A stretch of 63,799 bases of DNA, the filler included, from Octopus bimaculoides (Eukaryota), in NCBI RefSeq assembly GCF_001194135.2. It is 6 parts of 6 records of this genome, joined end to end, with 100 filler letters (N's around TTAATTAATTAA, not from the genome) between each part and the next. Parts side by side here need not be neighbours in the genome. Positions count along the whole stretch, not along the records: positions 62,449 to 63,799 come from NW_026304362.1; 5 more parts are not named here. One strand, written 5' to 3'. The position numbers and the translations under genes are program-made. This document shows, in pieces, positions 62,500 to 63,799 of this stretch. The notes below the pieces were generated by a model. That model searched no databases and was not told the DNA's origin. It worked only from the letters and a program-made list of their open reading frames with translations. Position 1 is the first letter of the stretch. The number at the start of each line of letters is the position of its first letter.

Positions 62500-63039
62500 C
62501 ATAATCTATCCGCTCGTATTCCAAGCCAGTTGTATTTGCGTAGCATGTTATTATTTCCGATAAATATTATTCCCAGGGTGTTGTAGACAATATAATGTTT
62601 ACCACATAAGAGATTGTTATTAGCACAGCGGCTGGTAATGATGCTAACAGCAGCACCGGCAACGACAGCAGCTACAATAACTGCACCAGCAGCAGCACTG
62701 AATGAAATAACTCTGTTTTCTCGAACAACAGCAGCAATAGCATCAGAGTTGCACCATTTGTCTGTAGCAAGATCCGTTAGACACACACACACACNNNNNN
62801 NNNNGAGTTGCACCATTTGTCTGTAGCAAGATCCGTTAGACACACACACACACACAAGCACACACACACACACACACACAGACACATACACACATACACA
62901 CACACAATCAATCACACACCCAACACATAAACACGCACGTACGCGCACACCGAACGCACGCACTTACGTGTAAAGATTAGAAATTTGCATTTGATCTACC
63001 ACAACTACAACCATTACCATCACCAAAATGACTTCTATT

Positions 63040-63335
63040 ACTACTACTACTACTACTACTATTACGTCTACAACTGCTGCTGCTGCTACTATTATCATTA
63101 CTACTACTACTATTGCTGCTGCTAATACTGCTACGACTACTACTACNNNNNNNNNNTTACTACTACTACTATTGCTGCTGCTAATACTGCTACGACTACT
63201 ACTACTTCTACATCCACCACCAACAACACCACCACTATTACTACTGCTACTACTACTACTACTATATCCATCACTACCACCACTACTACTAATGCTACCT
63301 TCACCACCACCACCATCATTACTACTACTATGCCG

Positions 63336-63379
<44 letters not shown>

Positions 63380-63389
63380 NNNNNNNNNN

Positions 63390-63432
<43 letters not shown>
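63040..63432. repeat. Degenerate (CTA)n/(CTG)n trinucleotide field with two 10-N gaps
   Basis: Seen directly. Confidence 0.9.
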
Positions 63433-63799
63433 CTGTTGTTTTCCGAAAGCACAGCTATGTTATTGGCAACGAGTAAAACCATTAAATCTTGTACTACGAA
63501 CGTAATCAGGGGGGAATTGATAAAGTTTATTGTCTTATTTATCTACTCCTTTACAATTCATGTTCATATCTGCACTGAAACGATGAATCTTATCAATAAT
63601 GACGCGAAATCGTGATGGTCTTGGGCTTCTTCCGAATTTCTAAGGCTGTTTTAAGTACTTGCTATAATTCTGAATTTAAGTCATTGAGTGAGTGAATACA
63701 AATGGATGAATCAAGTAAACAAAAGGACATTAAACGTACCAGAGTAATTACACAAATTGCGAATCAAATGTGCGAAGAGCAATCACCGTCAATTAGACA

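Overview
AT-rich, microsatellite- and transposon-saturated animal DNA with many assembly gaps. It is most likely a coleoid cephalopod (Octopus-like); this is inferred from the SINE, LINE and microsatellite repertoire. The only confidently coding host sequence is two + strand exons near the end (60955/60961-61079 and 62191-62287). They splice to ...[44 protein letters not shown]..., the conserved coiled-coil of MRCK/CDC42BP (Genghis khan). The preceding ~61 kb has no recognisable MRCK exon and is probably one giant intron, though gaps could hide exons. It contains decayed CR1 LINEs, three Penelope-like (PLE) remnants, an R4/Dong 3' end, mariner, maT-like and pogo-like DNA transposons, a MULE derivative, and over 20 copies of three tRNA-derived SINE families. 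The most unusual signal is a cluster of minimal hammerhead-ribozyme-like motifs in the first 3.5 kb. All carry a CCG-type core (CCGAUGA or CCG-UGA) in place of the canonical CUGANGA, and one is embedded in a perfect 40-bp fold-back. There is no CRISPR array, rRNA or bona fide tRNA. No database searches were run: family calls rest on recalled consensus motifs, and most repeat boundaries are approximate.
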